Made by a program: the position numbers and the translations under genes. 64,000 bases of DNA, taken from positions 32,001 to 96,000 of IMG/VR virus record IMGVR_UViG_3300035670_000049; one strand, written 5' to 3'. This document shows, in pieces, positions 53,079 to 63,800 of this stretch (position 1 is the stretch's first letter; every line of letters starts with the position of its first letter). This DNA comes from a virus. Below the pieces are notes generated by a model. That model saw only the letters and a program-made list of their open reading frames with translations, was not told where the DNA came from and did no database searches.

Positions 53079-54290
53079 CTAGTATGCCTCATGAGTGTTT
53101 AAAGTTTTAGGAAGAGTGTGCGTAATACTACGTATAATTGCATCAAATTGTTTAGCAATCGTATCCCAATTAAATTTATCTTGAGTGATATAATTATACG
53201 CATCCGCAGTTAGTTTTAAACGAAGGTCGTGGCTATTGTATATCGTGTTAAGTTTTACTACAAGATCATCTACATCAGATACTCCACCCCACGTATTTAT
53301 CCCCGAGACATTAAGTATCCACGCAGATGTTTTAACCGTTAAACCTCCATGACCTTCTACCAGTTCTCGTAAGCAGGAGTGGTCTGAGACAATCTGTGGG
53401 CACCCTACGGCCATTGATTCCGCCACGGGTAGTCCAAACCCATCTCCAAGAGAGATGAGTGCATTCACATCAAAAGAATTGTAAATCATATTGAGCATAT
53501 AGGTAGGAACACCTTCAGGTAAATTTAACCCTTCCGTTAGAATTAACTTATCCTTAAGATTGAATTGCCTAGAGAGGTCTAGGATATCAAACCCAACATC
53601 CTGTAACGCTGTATGAATATACAACTTAGCGTTGGGCTTATCCTTTGAGAATTCAGAGAATGCTTTCATGAGAATGTCAAATCGTTTTCTATACTGATTT
53701 CGTGCTACCATTCCAACAATGAAAGCATCGAGCGGTAGTCCGAGGGCTTGCCTAGCCTCTTGCTGCGGGATAGGAAAGAAATTTTTTGTATCTACTCCAT
53801 GATAAATTTGGTGTAGATTCTTCGGACGCTTACCATTAGCCTCAGTGATTACGCTTTCAGCATAGTGAGAGTAACAGACCTGTGCATCAAATTTATCCGT
53901 CAGCATCTCTGCCCACTGTGGTTTTAGTGGTCCAGCATCGATAGGATAATAAGCGATGTACTTTATATAAGCATCATTAAAATCACGGGGTTTATGCTCC
54001 AAATATTTTTCTATTACCCAGGGATCATTTAAAAAGAATATGATATCAGGTCGTATCTTTCTAGCAAGATACCACATCTTAGAGTATCCATATACCAACT
54101 CTATTGGCCCCTTGTCGCAGGGCCAAATATCGTAGGGAAATTCGTTTCTATCATAGGGATCACCGTACATATTTATTCCCATAACATGCACCTCATGCCC
54201 CAAGTTTTGAAGCCTTCCCAGTATACTTTTACTTACCTGACCGAAACCTGTTGTTACTGTAGGACTGTCCCCTACATAAAAAATTCTCAT
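53079..54290 (-). CDS. GT4-family glycosyltransferase
   Basis: TGFGQV, VARNQYRK, GDGFGLPVAESMAVG. Confidence 0.9.
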   Translation of the reverse strand: MRIFYVGDSPTVTTGFGQVSKSILGRLQNLGHEVHVMGINMYGDPYDRNEFPYDIWPCDKGPIELVYGYSKMWYLARKIRPDIIFFLNDPWVIEKYLEHKPRDFNDAYIKYIAYYPIDAGPLKPQWAEMLTDKFDAQVCYSHYAESVITEANGKRPKNLHQIYHGVDTKNFFPIPQQEARQALGLPLDAFIVGMVARNQYRKRFDILMKAFSEFSKDKPNAKLYIHTALQDVGFDILDLSRQFNLKDKLILTEGLNLPEGVPTYMLNMIYNSFDVNALISLGDGFGLPVAESMAVGCPQIVSDHSCLRELVEGHGGLTVKTSAWILNVSGINTWGGVSDVDDLVVKLNTIYNSHDLRLKLTADAYNYITQDKFNWDTIAKQFDAIIRSITHTLPKTLNTHEAY

Positions 54291-54339
54291 TAACCTTCTC
54301 CTTTTGCGGGCCTTGATTTCCCCCTCTATCTAATCGTCA

Positions 54340-54369
54340 ATTATAGCACAATGGGGGCACGTCAGTCAA
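54340..54369 (-). promoter_or_regulatory. Promoter TTGACT-N18-TATAAT (extended -10) for glycosyltransferase + lysis genes
   Basis: Direct sequence. Confidence 0.75.
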
Positions 54370-54625
54370 AGTAGTCGCTGTATTTCAAGATATTCGGACA
54401 ACTACAATCCTTTTCAAAGGGCTCTACAACGTATTCATATTCCATCCCTGTTCGTTCAGCACGTACTTGTACTTTCTTTTGCTTCCAGCCATGATCACGT
54501 GCATACCTTGTAGCCTCTGCCATGCTTGATGTGCGTAGCATATCCCAAGATACTTTCTTAGCCCGCATATTTTTAGCAGCCTCAACTCTTCTCTTCTCTG
54601 CTTCTGCTGTGAATACAACTCCCAT
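54362..54625 (-). CDS. Hypothetical protein
   Basis: RBS AGGAG. Confidence 0.65.
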   Translation of the reverse strand: MGVVFTAEAEKRRVEAAKNMRAKKVSWDMLRTSSMAEATRYARDHGWKQKKVQVRAERTGMEYEYVVEPFEKDCSCPNILKYSDYFD

Positions 54626-54634
54626 TGTTATCTC

Positions 54635-54850
54635 CTACTCGATTTCAATTCTTGCTTCAACACGACCGATGCCATCATCACACGTTATCTCCAAAGTATG
54701 CTCCCCCGGTTCTGCACAGTAAGGAGATAAATCGATATCAGGGAAGCGATACTCTATCTCATTTAATTCAAGGGTTTCTTCCCCGAATATCCAATATGTA
54801 ACATCAACATCATCGACGTATATTCGTATTCCTGTTGGATATGTTGCCAT
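54635..54850 (-). CDS. Small tail-associated hypothetical protein
   Basis: RBS AGGAGG. Confidence 0.65.
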   Translation of the reverse strand: MATYPTGIRIYVDDVDVTYWIFGEETLELNEIEYRFPDIDLSPYCAEPGEHTLEITCDDGIGRVEARIEIE

Positions 54851-54862
54851 TTCTTTACCTCC

Positions 54863-56671
54863 TTATGTAAAACTAAGGTAATCAAATTCTATTAAAGTTT
54901 CAGGCATAGAGTTATACCCAAAACATTGAATAAAGAACCAGTCAGCAGTTGCCATAGAGACAATCCCTGTTTGTCCAGTTGCTTCTACATCCCAAGACGC
55001 AGGTTCACTCTCTTGTTGATCCGCCCAAACTTTTGCTCGTAGTAAACTTCCCGGCCTAACTTCCCATTTAATGGTATACCAAACATTTGCTTCCCATACT
55101 CTTCCTGCACTGGATAATGCTGGACCTGAATACCCCGAGGCTCCTATCCAAATTCCTGAAAAGTCAGGATCAGAATTTTGAGATATATAAAGAACAAGAT
55201 TTGCCTTGTACACATAAGGGTATTCATGAACACCGGGATTTAGTTGGAAGAAATCACCAGCGGATGTTCCTGCTGGAACATAAGACAGTTTAAATCTGAG
55301 AGTCATTAAAAATCCATTTGCACTTGCCCAAGGTCCAAGAGTATCTTTAAATCCAGCAGTTGGACTACTTGCTCCATAACTTCCCCCTGCGGGCCATAAA
55401 ATATATGCAGCACCATTTGAAACTCCTGATCGTTCATCTTTAACTCCTGCGCCTAAATCCCACGTAAGTCCAAAATCAGAAGTCCCCCAACCGCTATAGA
55501 AATTGTAGAATTCTCCTAGATCATTATCATCCCATACGGGTCCTATAGTTCGCGTAAAGGTATCAAATAAAACAGTCTCACAAGCATTGACTCCTGCAAT
55601 GTCAAGTGAATCTACATAAACATCAAATTTTGCATAATTTCCGTAGTAACCTCCGCTTCCACCAATATATACTGAAGAAAGTCCTGTAAAATTAGCACTC
55701 ATATCCACAAGAGATAAGGTAGGTGTCGTAGGTTCTGTATCTGCGATTCTCCAAACATAAGCATCAAAAGATGTTGCACTAGTAACAATAATTCTAGCGA
55801 AGAATTGTTCATCAGGAGTAATTCCAATATTATAAGAATTTGTTTGTACAGGACCCTCAAGCGTTAAACTTCCATTTAGGGCTAAAGAAAGACCAAATGA
55901 ATCAGTACTAGCACTATCTGCTGCAAAAAATACTTGCCCAGTAGTCCCATTAACCATCCTCATAGAGACAACCATATCAACAAATCCAGAAGAAACAGAA
56001 GTAATCAGAGTTGCAAACGTATTACCATCTACACTAATATGTCCCTCTCCATTAGCAACATCTGTTCCTCGATAGTTACCTAAATACCCCCATGCAATTC
56101 CTGCATCGCTTGTTCCCCAACCATCAGTTACAGATCGTGTAAAGGTATCTGTGACACACATAAATGGAGTCATTTCGTCGTAGTAACTACAATTCACATC
56201 ACTATATCGATAGACATAGCAGATGGTAACTGTATCTGATCCAAGACAAGCATCAAGATAAAGAATTCCAGCATCAGGATCAGACTCAGTTACTCCAACG
56301 CTGATCCCTATCTCTCCGTTATATACTCGTACTGATCCCGGTACATACGGGCGGTTAAGAAGAATAGAAGTGCTTGTAATCTCTGATACTAGGAATCTTT
56401 CACAAATCGCACAGTAGCAATCTCCACAGCAGCCACCAGCACCGCTATTGGGAGGGGGATATTCAAACTGCATGTTTGCACGTATCTGCATACCCTTTCG
56501 CGGTACACGAAAACTCATAGTATACGGTACAATTGGATCGAAGATATCTCTTGCGCGTTCAGCCATTCCGTATTCTGGAGAAGCAGTTTTAAGCGCACGA
56601 TCTGCACGATTCCTCGTTTTATTTAACTCTCTGCCTAGTTCATTCACAGTATCCATTATGCTAACACCCAA
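54863..56671 (-). CDS. Putative receptor-binding/tail fibre protein 2
   Basis: Beta-rich; repeated D.FTR....GWG.SD.G..W units; N-terminus paralogous to 56656-57690. Confidence 0.75.
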   Translation of the reverse strand: MGVSIMDTVNELGRELNKTRNRADRALKTASPEYGMAERARDIFDPIVPYTMSFRVPRKGMQIRANMQFEYPPPNSGAGGCCGDCYCAICERFLVSEITSTSILLNRPYVPGSVRVYNGEIGISVGVTESDPDAGILYLDACLGSDTVTICYVYRYSDVNCSYYDEMTPFMCVTDTFTRSVTDGWGTSDAGIAWGYLGNYRGTDVANGEGHISVDGNTFATLITSVSSGFVDMVVSMRMVNGTTGQVFFAADSASTDSFGLSLALNGSLTLEGPVQTNSYNIGITPDEQFFARIIVTSATSFDAYVWRIADTEPTTPTLSLVDMSANFTGLSSVYIGGSGGYYGNYAKFDVYVDSLDIAGVNACETVLFDTFTRTIGPVWDDNDLGEFYNFYSGWGTSDFGLTWDLGAGVKDERSGVSNGAAYILWPAGGSYGASSPTAGFKDTLGPWASANGFLMTLRFKLSYVPAGTSAGDFFQLNPGVHEYPYVYKANLVLYISQNSDPDFSGIWIGASGYSGPALSSAGRVWEANVWYTIKWEVRPGSLLRAKVWADQQESEPASWDVEATGQTGIVSMATADWFFIQCFGYNSMPETLIEFDYLSFT

Positions 56672-57690
56672 TCAAATCCGCCATAGAGAATCCAAAATCG
56701 AAATGGATCAAACTGGCTCTGCTGTACTTGAAAATCAAACCCAGATAATTCACTGTAGTGTGTACAAATTTCTGGATAGCCTGTTATCGTAACAGTTGGA
56801 CAAGGATCATTGGCATCAATGTTGTATTGAACGAAGTCTGTTACGTGAGCGCCGGTATTAGGGTCCTTATGCCATACTTCAAAGTTATAGTATCCTGCTA
56901 GCCCATGTCCAGTTTCATTAATAACCCCATACCCCATATATGGAGTAATATCTCCATTTCCTACCGTAATCATCCTAACCATATTGCCCATCTTACATGC
57001 AAGAGCCACCCAGCCCCCGCCCATATTCATAGATGTGTGTAATCCACCATTAGGATAAAATGGATAAGGCTCATCAGGCATACTTACTCCACCACGCATG
57101 TAGTGGATATATCCATACCGATCACTCGTTGCACCCTGTGAAAGTCCTAAGAGGATTCCACCGTAGATTGTATTCGGTGCAGGATAGTGACAGGTAGGAG
57201 TAGGGTTAGCGCAATTCTCTGTCTCAAAGTAACGCATATAGCAAATCGTGACAGAGTTAGTGACTAAAGGGAGTTGTGTTACAAGAACAATACCATCTCC
57301 ACTATCTATTTCTGCCCACCTTGAGAGGTCCCATGTTGTCCCGTTGACATATACTGAAAGAGTACCGGGAAAGTAGGGTTGTGATACTCGTAACTCATGA
57401 TCACCGGCTTCAACGGTGAAACTCTCACAAGACATACGAATATCGCTGCCAGTCATACAGTTAGAACCCGGTGGAGGTTTGTTAAATTCCAAGTCGAGCG
57501 AAACCCTCTTTTGGGTCTTAGCGACATTGAAATTCATCGAGAATGGAACAACAGGATCAAAGATATCCCTTGTTCTCTCTACTCCCGGTCTGTTTGGTCG
57601 GCTTCTCTTTAATGCCCTATCCGCATGGTCACGGGATTTGCTGATATATTTACCAACTTCGTTTAAGTTATCTGAGGCCATTGTACACAC
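56656..57690 (-). CDS. Putative receptor-binding/tail fibre protein 1
   Basis: Shares N-terminal ADRALK...RDIFDP.VP domain. Confidence 0.7.
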   Translation of the reverse strand: MCTMASDNLNEVGKYISKSRDHADRALKRSRPNRPGVERTRDIFDPVVPFSMNFNVAKTQKRVSLDLEFNKPPPGSNCMTGSDIRMSCESFTVEAGDHELRVSQPYFPGTLSVYVNGTTWDLSRWAEIDSGDGIVLVTQLPLVTNSVTICYMRYFETENCANPTPTCHYPAPNTIYGGILLGLSQGATSDRYGYIHYMRGGVSMPDEPYPFYPNGGLHTSMNMGGGWVALACKMGNMVRMITVGNGDITPYMGYGVINETGHGLAGYYNFEVWHKDPNTGAHVTDFVQYNIDANDPCPTVTITGYPEICTHYSELSGFDFQVQQSQFDPFRFWILYGGFDWVLA

Positions 57691-60600
57691 TCCAATTCAT
57701 ACGTTCTACCAGAACCTGATTCGCTTATCTGTTTTCGATTGATCCTTAATCTGATATTACCAGACTTTTTTGTCCATAGTATGAAGGAGTCTCCTTGCTC
57801 CAAATCAAGCGATGACGCTGTATGTTGTACAGTTATACGCTTCTCTGGCTTATTTCTTCTTTTTAATTCCATGCGGGTCAAGCCAACTAATTGCATATAG
57901 TCAGCAATATCCCTAAAATCGTGTTGTCTTGTAATTGTTCTTTTAAATAGTTTCTTTGTCTTATGATCTTCTACAATCGCAGACATAGGAAGTCCATCAA
58001 TATCAGAACCATTTGATAGTAACCTTGTTGCTACCTTCTGTACATCGTTTACAATGTTGTAAGAGACTAACGTGTTTTCACCTTCTCGTAAAGCAATCTC
58101 TGTATCTCTACCTAGGCGTGGCTCTAATTTAAATCCATCGACATTAGCATCCCATTCAGATTGAATAGCCTCTGCAACAGATTTTATAATCTCAAGATGT
58201 GTTTGATCTTGGAACTGTGCTGATAGCCCTATTAACTCATGAGCAACTATACTATCCAAGTACACATACTCATAAATTGATACTTGTTTTGCAGTTTTAG
58301 GGTTACAAGAACTACATCTCGATACAAATGAACTGGAACCAGTTTCATACTTATTTGTTGTATATTTTTCTGCCGTACCTGTTCGATAAGAAACAGACAT
58401 AGTATACTTGTCCCAAGGCAACCCATCTACAAAATAGTCATTGCTATCGAATAAAACAAACCCCGGAATTTCATGCCCTTTTTTATTGGTATCCAGATTG
58501 ATAAGCAAACTTCCATCTTCAGGGTCGCCCCCCGGTATCATTACATGATTTTCGTTCCCCGGATCATACTCCCCTAAGCCCTCTATATATTTAAATAGCA
58601 TTAATGTAAGTTTTCCATGTCTTCTTCCCTTGGCAGAGTAGACAATTACTCTATCTCCTTCAAAACTGAAACTTATACCAACTCCGGGTTTATTCCACTT
58701 GTACATGGAACCGCCACTAAAACGCTTATCATAAATTTGCTTTACCGCTTGTAAATTGCTGACAGCAATTCTGGTGCTGTCCTCATTATACTCGACCATC
58801 GATGCTGACCAGTACCCTTCGATAGAGTCTACTGAGCAAAAATTATTATCGAGCAGGGTAACTTTAATTTCGTAGATAGTATTTGGATCAAGGATTCCAG
58901 ACTCGTATGTTATTTCATATACAACTTCAGCAGATAAACCATCTGGAATTTTATAACTAGCCTCTAAGGTTGACCACGCACTCCACATATTTGCTTCCCA
59001 TTTACCATCGGTTTGCTCCCATGCAGAGGCACTTCCCTTTCTTCTAAATTCAATCTTAACGGTTGCTCCGGTTTTCCATGATGGTACAGTGGCATACCAC
59101 TTAAAAGATTGCCCTCTAAAGTGAACCTTAAAATAATCCCCTATCTTCTCAGTATAAGAGTAGGTTCCTCCCCAAGAGAATTCATCCATTCTCCCTTTCC
59201 AGCAGTCCACCCAATTTAGAGTGAGGTTGCCCATAGCAACTCCTCTTGTGATAAGGTACTTGGTTTCTCCTGCTCGACCAGATACGGTGACTGTGCCAGA
59301 GGAATCATCCGTCATAATAAGAGGAGTATTTTGATCGTCAAGCATTGCAAAATCAAATCCATCTGGGTAGCAGTTAGAACAATCTTTCTTAAAGAATTTA
59401 TGGTAGTCATTGTTCCCTACTCCTGTCCATGAGACATTAAATTTTCTAATGAATGTTCCGGGTTCAAACTTCTGGTAGTATATTCCATTCTTATTGACTT
59501 TTATTAATTCAGAAGCATCTGGTACACGATAGTACTCGATTTGCCTATTATTATTATCAATACGTTGTTTAGCCAAAGGTTTTACAGAATTCTTTTCTAT
59601 AATTTCTTGGAATGCTCCCAATTCTATAATCGAGGCATGGCAATCACTTTCAGGCTTTAATTTATCTGTTGGAAAACTCTTAGATACAATTGTACCATCC
59701 TTTTTCCTATAGGTCATTAATCCCAACTTTCTTCCAAAGTTAGAATTATCCCCCGGACGATAATCAGGATCGCATTGATAGTCCCACCCATCATAAGAGG
59801 CTAATGTATCGAAACTATTTCCATACCAAGCATGAACATCCTTTATATATACAGTTAAATACCGAGCATCGATAGGACCCGCTTGATCCTGATTAGTATG
59901 AAAAGTATTATAACCAGTACCAGCATAACCACTGGTAGTATAGCCTAAATAAAATTCAAAAGGTCTTGCAGCGCCAGTAACAACACGATTTCCTTCTGTA
60001 GAGTTTGCACGATAGGTTGCTTCCTCTAATGATCCGGGCGTTATACCGGGAGGTAAAGGATCAAACTCTTCCCAACTATCAAAGATCGTTGTAAATGCTC
60101 CCCAATCCCTATCAAGCACACCACTGTAAACTACAGGAGTATCTGTAGCAACTTTGATTTCAAATTCATACGTTCGATTGGATGCTCTCTGTGGTCCTCC
60201 CCACCAAGGAAACAGTAACCTGATCTTGGAGATTTTATAGATATCCCCAAAATCTAATGCAACCGTATCCTGCTCTGTCATGCCTGACCAATATTCACTG
60301 GCTGCATACCATGTTCTAGGAGGTTCTATTTTACCAATAGGAATATATGCCGATTGCTCATCAATAATAAAATCTTTTGTTCTCTTACTAAGAGCATAAA
60401 AGGTTTCATCAGGTAAGATAGTCTTAAAGATTTGTTCTTCTTGTGGGTTGTCCTCATCCAGTGAAGTTACTAAGACCTTTGTACTCGGAGCCACAGCAAT
60501 GTTTTCATACCGTAGTTCTTCGATAATAGAATCAATACTAGCATAGAAAAACTTAAGCGTTGTAAAATGATCCGCTAACAAGGCTGACCTTCCAGCCCCC

Positions 60601-60878
60601 GTAATTTTATATACTCCACTGGAATCATCAATACTTGTAATGGGTCCAAAGTTTAACTTCTTATTCGTAGAAGTTTCCCAGACCTCCCAAAGATTCGTAA
60701 AACTAGCCTCATCATAGGGACTTAATTTATCTGCTTTAGGATCATTTTTAGGAATCTCAAAACTGATTCCCTCATCTGAGGAGTTAATAGATTTAAAATA
60801 CTGCTTGTTTGCAGCATTTTCTAAAATTACTACATCACTAGGATTACTAGGATTAACAATTCTAACTTGTAGGGCCAC
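57663..60878 (-). CDS. Tail tip/baseplate hub protein with inserted discoidin/carbohydrate-binding-like domains
   Basis: 1071 aa directly after the Dit-like gene; VALDFGDIYKISKIRL discoidin-like segment. Confidence 0.75.
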   Translation of the reverse strand: MALQVRIVNPSNPSDVVILENAANKQYFKSINSSDEGISFEIPKNDPKADKLSPYDEASFTNLWEVWETSTNKKLNFGPITSIDDSSGVYKITGAGRSALLADHFTTLKFFYASIDSIIEELRYENIAVAPSTKVLVTSLDEDNPQEEQIFKTILPDETFYALSKRTKDFIIDEQSAYIPIGKIEPPRTWYAASEYWSGMTEQDTVALDFGDIYKISKIRLLFPWWGGPQRASNRTYEFEIKVATDTPVVYSGVLDRDWGAFTTIFDSWEEFDPLPPGITPGSLEEATYRANSTEGNRVVTGAARPFEFYLGYTTSGYAGTGYNTFHTNQDQAGPIDARYLTVYIKDVHAWYGNSFDTLASYDGWDYQCDPDYRPGDNSNFGRKLGLMTYRKKDGTIVSKSFPTDKLKPESDCHASIIELGAFQEIIEKNSVKPLAKQRIDNNNRQIEYYRVPDASELIKVNKNGIYYQKFEPGTFIRKFNVSWTGVGNNDYHKFFKKDCSNCYPDGFDFAMLDDQNTPLIMTDDSSGTVTVSGRAGETKYLITRGVAMGNLTLNWVDCWKGRMDEFSWGGTYSYTEKIGDYFKVHFRGQSFKWYATVPSWKTGATVKIEFRRKGSASAWEQTDGKWEANMWSAWSTLEASYKIPDGLSAEVVYEITYESGILDPNTIYEIKVTLLDNNFCSVDSIEGYWSASMVEYNEDSTRIAVSNLQAVKQIYDKRFSGGSMYKWNKPGVGISFSFEGDRVIVYSAKGRRHGKLTLMLFKYIEGLGEYDPGNENHVMIPGGDPEDGSLLINLDTNKKGHEIPGFVLFDSNDYFVDGLPWDKYTMSVSYRTGTAEKYTTNKYETGSSSFVSRCSSCNPKTAKQVSIYEYVYLDSIVAHELIGLSAQFQDQTHLEIIKSVAEAIQSEWDANVDGFKLEPRLGRDTEIALREGENTLVSYNIVNDVQKVATRLLSNGSDIDGLPMSAIVEDHKTKKLFKRTITRQHDFRDIADYMQLVGLTRMELKRRNKPEKRITVQHTASSLDLEQGDSFILWTKKSGNIRLRINRKQISESGSGRTYELECVQWPQIT

Positions 60879-60896
60879 TTAGGTTCACCGCCTTTA

Positions 60897-63800
60897 TTAT
60901 ATATCCCATCTATTTCTATAAGAAATGATAGTTGAAGTTGCTCCGGTAATATTAAAGTAGGTTTTACCCGGCCCAACATAGATAGCGTAATCAAGATTTT
61001 TCATAAGATTATTTTTATTTACCCCATTTATCGTTGCAGTATAGGATTCAGAATTAATAACTAGGTTGGAAACAGTTCCAGATACACTAATAAATCCAGC
61101 AAAATCTCCACTTTCCGTATAACCTGAAACTGTGATATTGGTTCCGGTTAGTAATACAGTAGCAGGAGTCCATGTGCCATCAGTAACAGACCTTGCCCCT
61201 GTATTTATAGAGGTTGACCCAGACAGAGTAAAGACCTGTTCCCCAAATAGCCAAGGCTTAGTATCAAATTCAACTTCATACTCTACAAATTTTGAAGCTT
61301 TATTAACATCTGTTTCGAGTTGTATTTTAGTGGGTTTAACTAGATAATAGTTTGTTAATTGCCCCACATATAGTTTTCTATAGGAATTATCTCGGCTACT
61401 TCGTAGAACTGTTGCAGCCATCTGTGCCTTTTGTTTTAATTCTTGATGACTATTACCTACAATCTTTAGCCTTAGTGAGATAACTTTATTTCTTATCCCT
61501 AGATTTTCCATAGGAGCCCCATCTTTATAAGGACTTGAATACTCAATTAAATTCGCAGAGCTTATATATGACTCATTTTGAGCATACCCCGGTAAGTCGT
61601 AGTTGTTATACTTAACAACATACTTGTACATAGGAACAAACGCCATTGCATTTGCATAGCCTCTTGGATCATGTATTCGTGCCTGTGCCTGAGCCGTCTT
61701 CAGGGTGCCGATGAGTGCCCCTGCTTGTCCAAACTTACTATAGGTTTCCTTTACCTTGATAAAGGCTATGGGGGTAGTAAAGACGAGGCTGTTTGTATAC
61801 TTGATCGTTGCTTGGGCTTGAACATACATACGATACTGTCGAAGAATATCTGCCCTTGCTTGTCCAGAGTTATAAGTAAATTTTTCAATCATGGCTCTTG
61901 ACTGTGCGTATACCTGATAGATTTCTCCGTACATTCTTGCCTGAGCCTGAGCAAGTTGTGTGCCTTTAAGTATCCATGCTTGTGCTAAACCAAACCTGTT
62001 ATAATCATATCCGATCACTTTGGCTACAGATTGGGCAGTAAACTGCATCTGGTTAATGGTAGTCATTGCCAAAGCAAAGGCATTCTGATCGTATACATGA
62101 ATGGCTGCTTGCGCATACCCTATTTTCTTCCAAGGCTTGATCGTCTTACCCTGTGCATTGGCTAGAGCAAATTCTCCACGCTTAATATATGCATTAGCGT
62201 TTGCATGAGGCTTTCTATCGTTGATGAATGCCATTACATAGGCATTCTTCCAAGGCTTTCCTTTGATCAGGGCATTTGCTAATCCATGCCCCATTAGTTT
62301 ACTGTACTTTGTTACAGAAACTTGGGCTTGTGCATATTTTTGGTAGACTTGCTTGACTCTCGCTTGAGCAAGTGCGTGCTTTGGAGAGAAGATAAATGCC
62401 ATACCTTGTGCAATAGCACTGATACGATCCTTGACCATACGGGTCTGTGCTTGTGCAAACTTGTTATAGGTTGTCCAGATATCTGCTTGTGCCTGTGCGT
62501 GGCACTGGCGTCTGGTAATAAATGCCATTGCATTAGCCCAGCGATATCTTGTACCAACAAGCATCCACGGAGCAGGGTTACTATCTGTTAACCAACTTTC
62601 ATTTACTTCGCTTGGTCGTCTGAAGTGGTTATACGTAACATAGGCTTCACCGCCACCCTCTGACCACTGCCAGATAATCTTATACTCTTGTCCCTGTGTA
62701 AGATTAATTGTTCCTGTCCATGATCCACCGGCTGAACCACCGGGCCAAGCACCGACAGTACCGACTATTTCATTTGCTGAGTTATAGATACTGATACGAG
62801 AAGCGTCATCACTCTGTAGGTGGAAATACCATGCTCCAGTCTCATCAGCGACGAATCTACCGATAGCCGTTACACCAAAGTAACTTGTTCTTGTTCCTGT
62901 ACCGGGTGGCTTGTTACTACCGTCATCATACTTGATCATGTTTGGGGTACTTATTCCCCAAATATTTTCTATCGTCCCTACTTCATGATCGTACCCACTA
63001 CCTTGGAAGAATAGATAGGCTAAGAATCCATCTTGTGGAATGACTGCTGCTTGTGCTTGTGAGCATACATTAAATCGAGCCAGTAAGGCGGCTGCTTGTC
63101 CAAATGCATACTGAAATAATATTATTTGGGCTTGAACTTGTGCGCTTTGACTTATAATAGCAAGAGGTGAGCTAAGATACGCTTCTGCTTGTGCAAAAAC
63201 AAATGTAATGTTGCCTTGAATAGAGGCTTGTGCTTGAGCAAAGGCTGGATTTCTAAGAATATATGTCTGAGCCTGTGCTAGTTGTATTCCCGTTACAACG
63301 GAGTAGTGCCATCGAATTTGTTCATCTGTTAATTGTGTATTGTAGATAGCAACTTCATCAATAACGCCAGAAAAGGCTTGACTAGTATTAAACCCACTAC
63401 TACCAATAGCAACGGTTGAAAAGTTAGAATCGTTTCTAACCATCGTGGCTGTAAGTTTAAGGGAGCCATCTACATATAATTTACCTGTTGTTCCGCTCCA
63501 AGTAAGTACTAAATGGTGTCGAAGATCGTCTGAAATAGACGGTCCTTGCCGCATTGTAGCATTATCATAATCATAGAAAGAGATATTTCCATTATTTATA
63601 AATAATCCCCACTCGGTGGATTTTACTACAATTGCTTGTGTACCACTTGATGAGGCTGTTTGTACCCATGCTTCAACAGAACCTGTAGATATATTACTAT
63701 ATGGAATTGAACTACTTGTTGCACCAACAACCAAAGCAGTCGTTCCTGCAAAAGATAATGCAGTATTGCTTTGATCTACAAGCCCTTGTGTTGATGAAGG

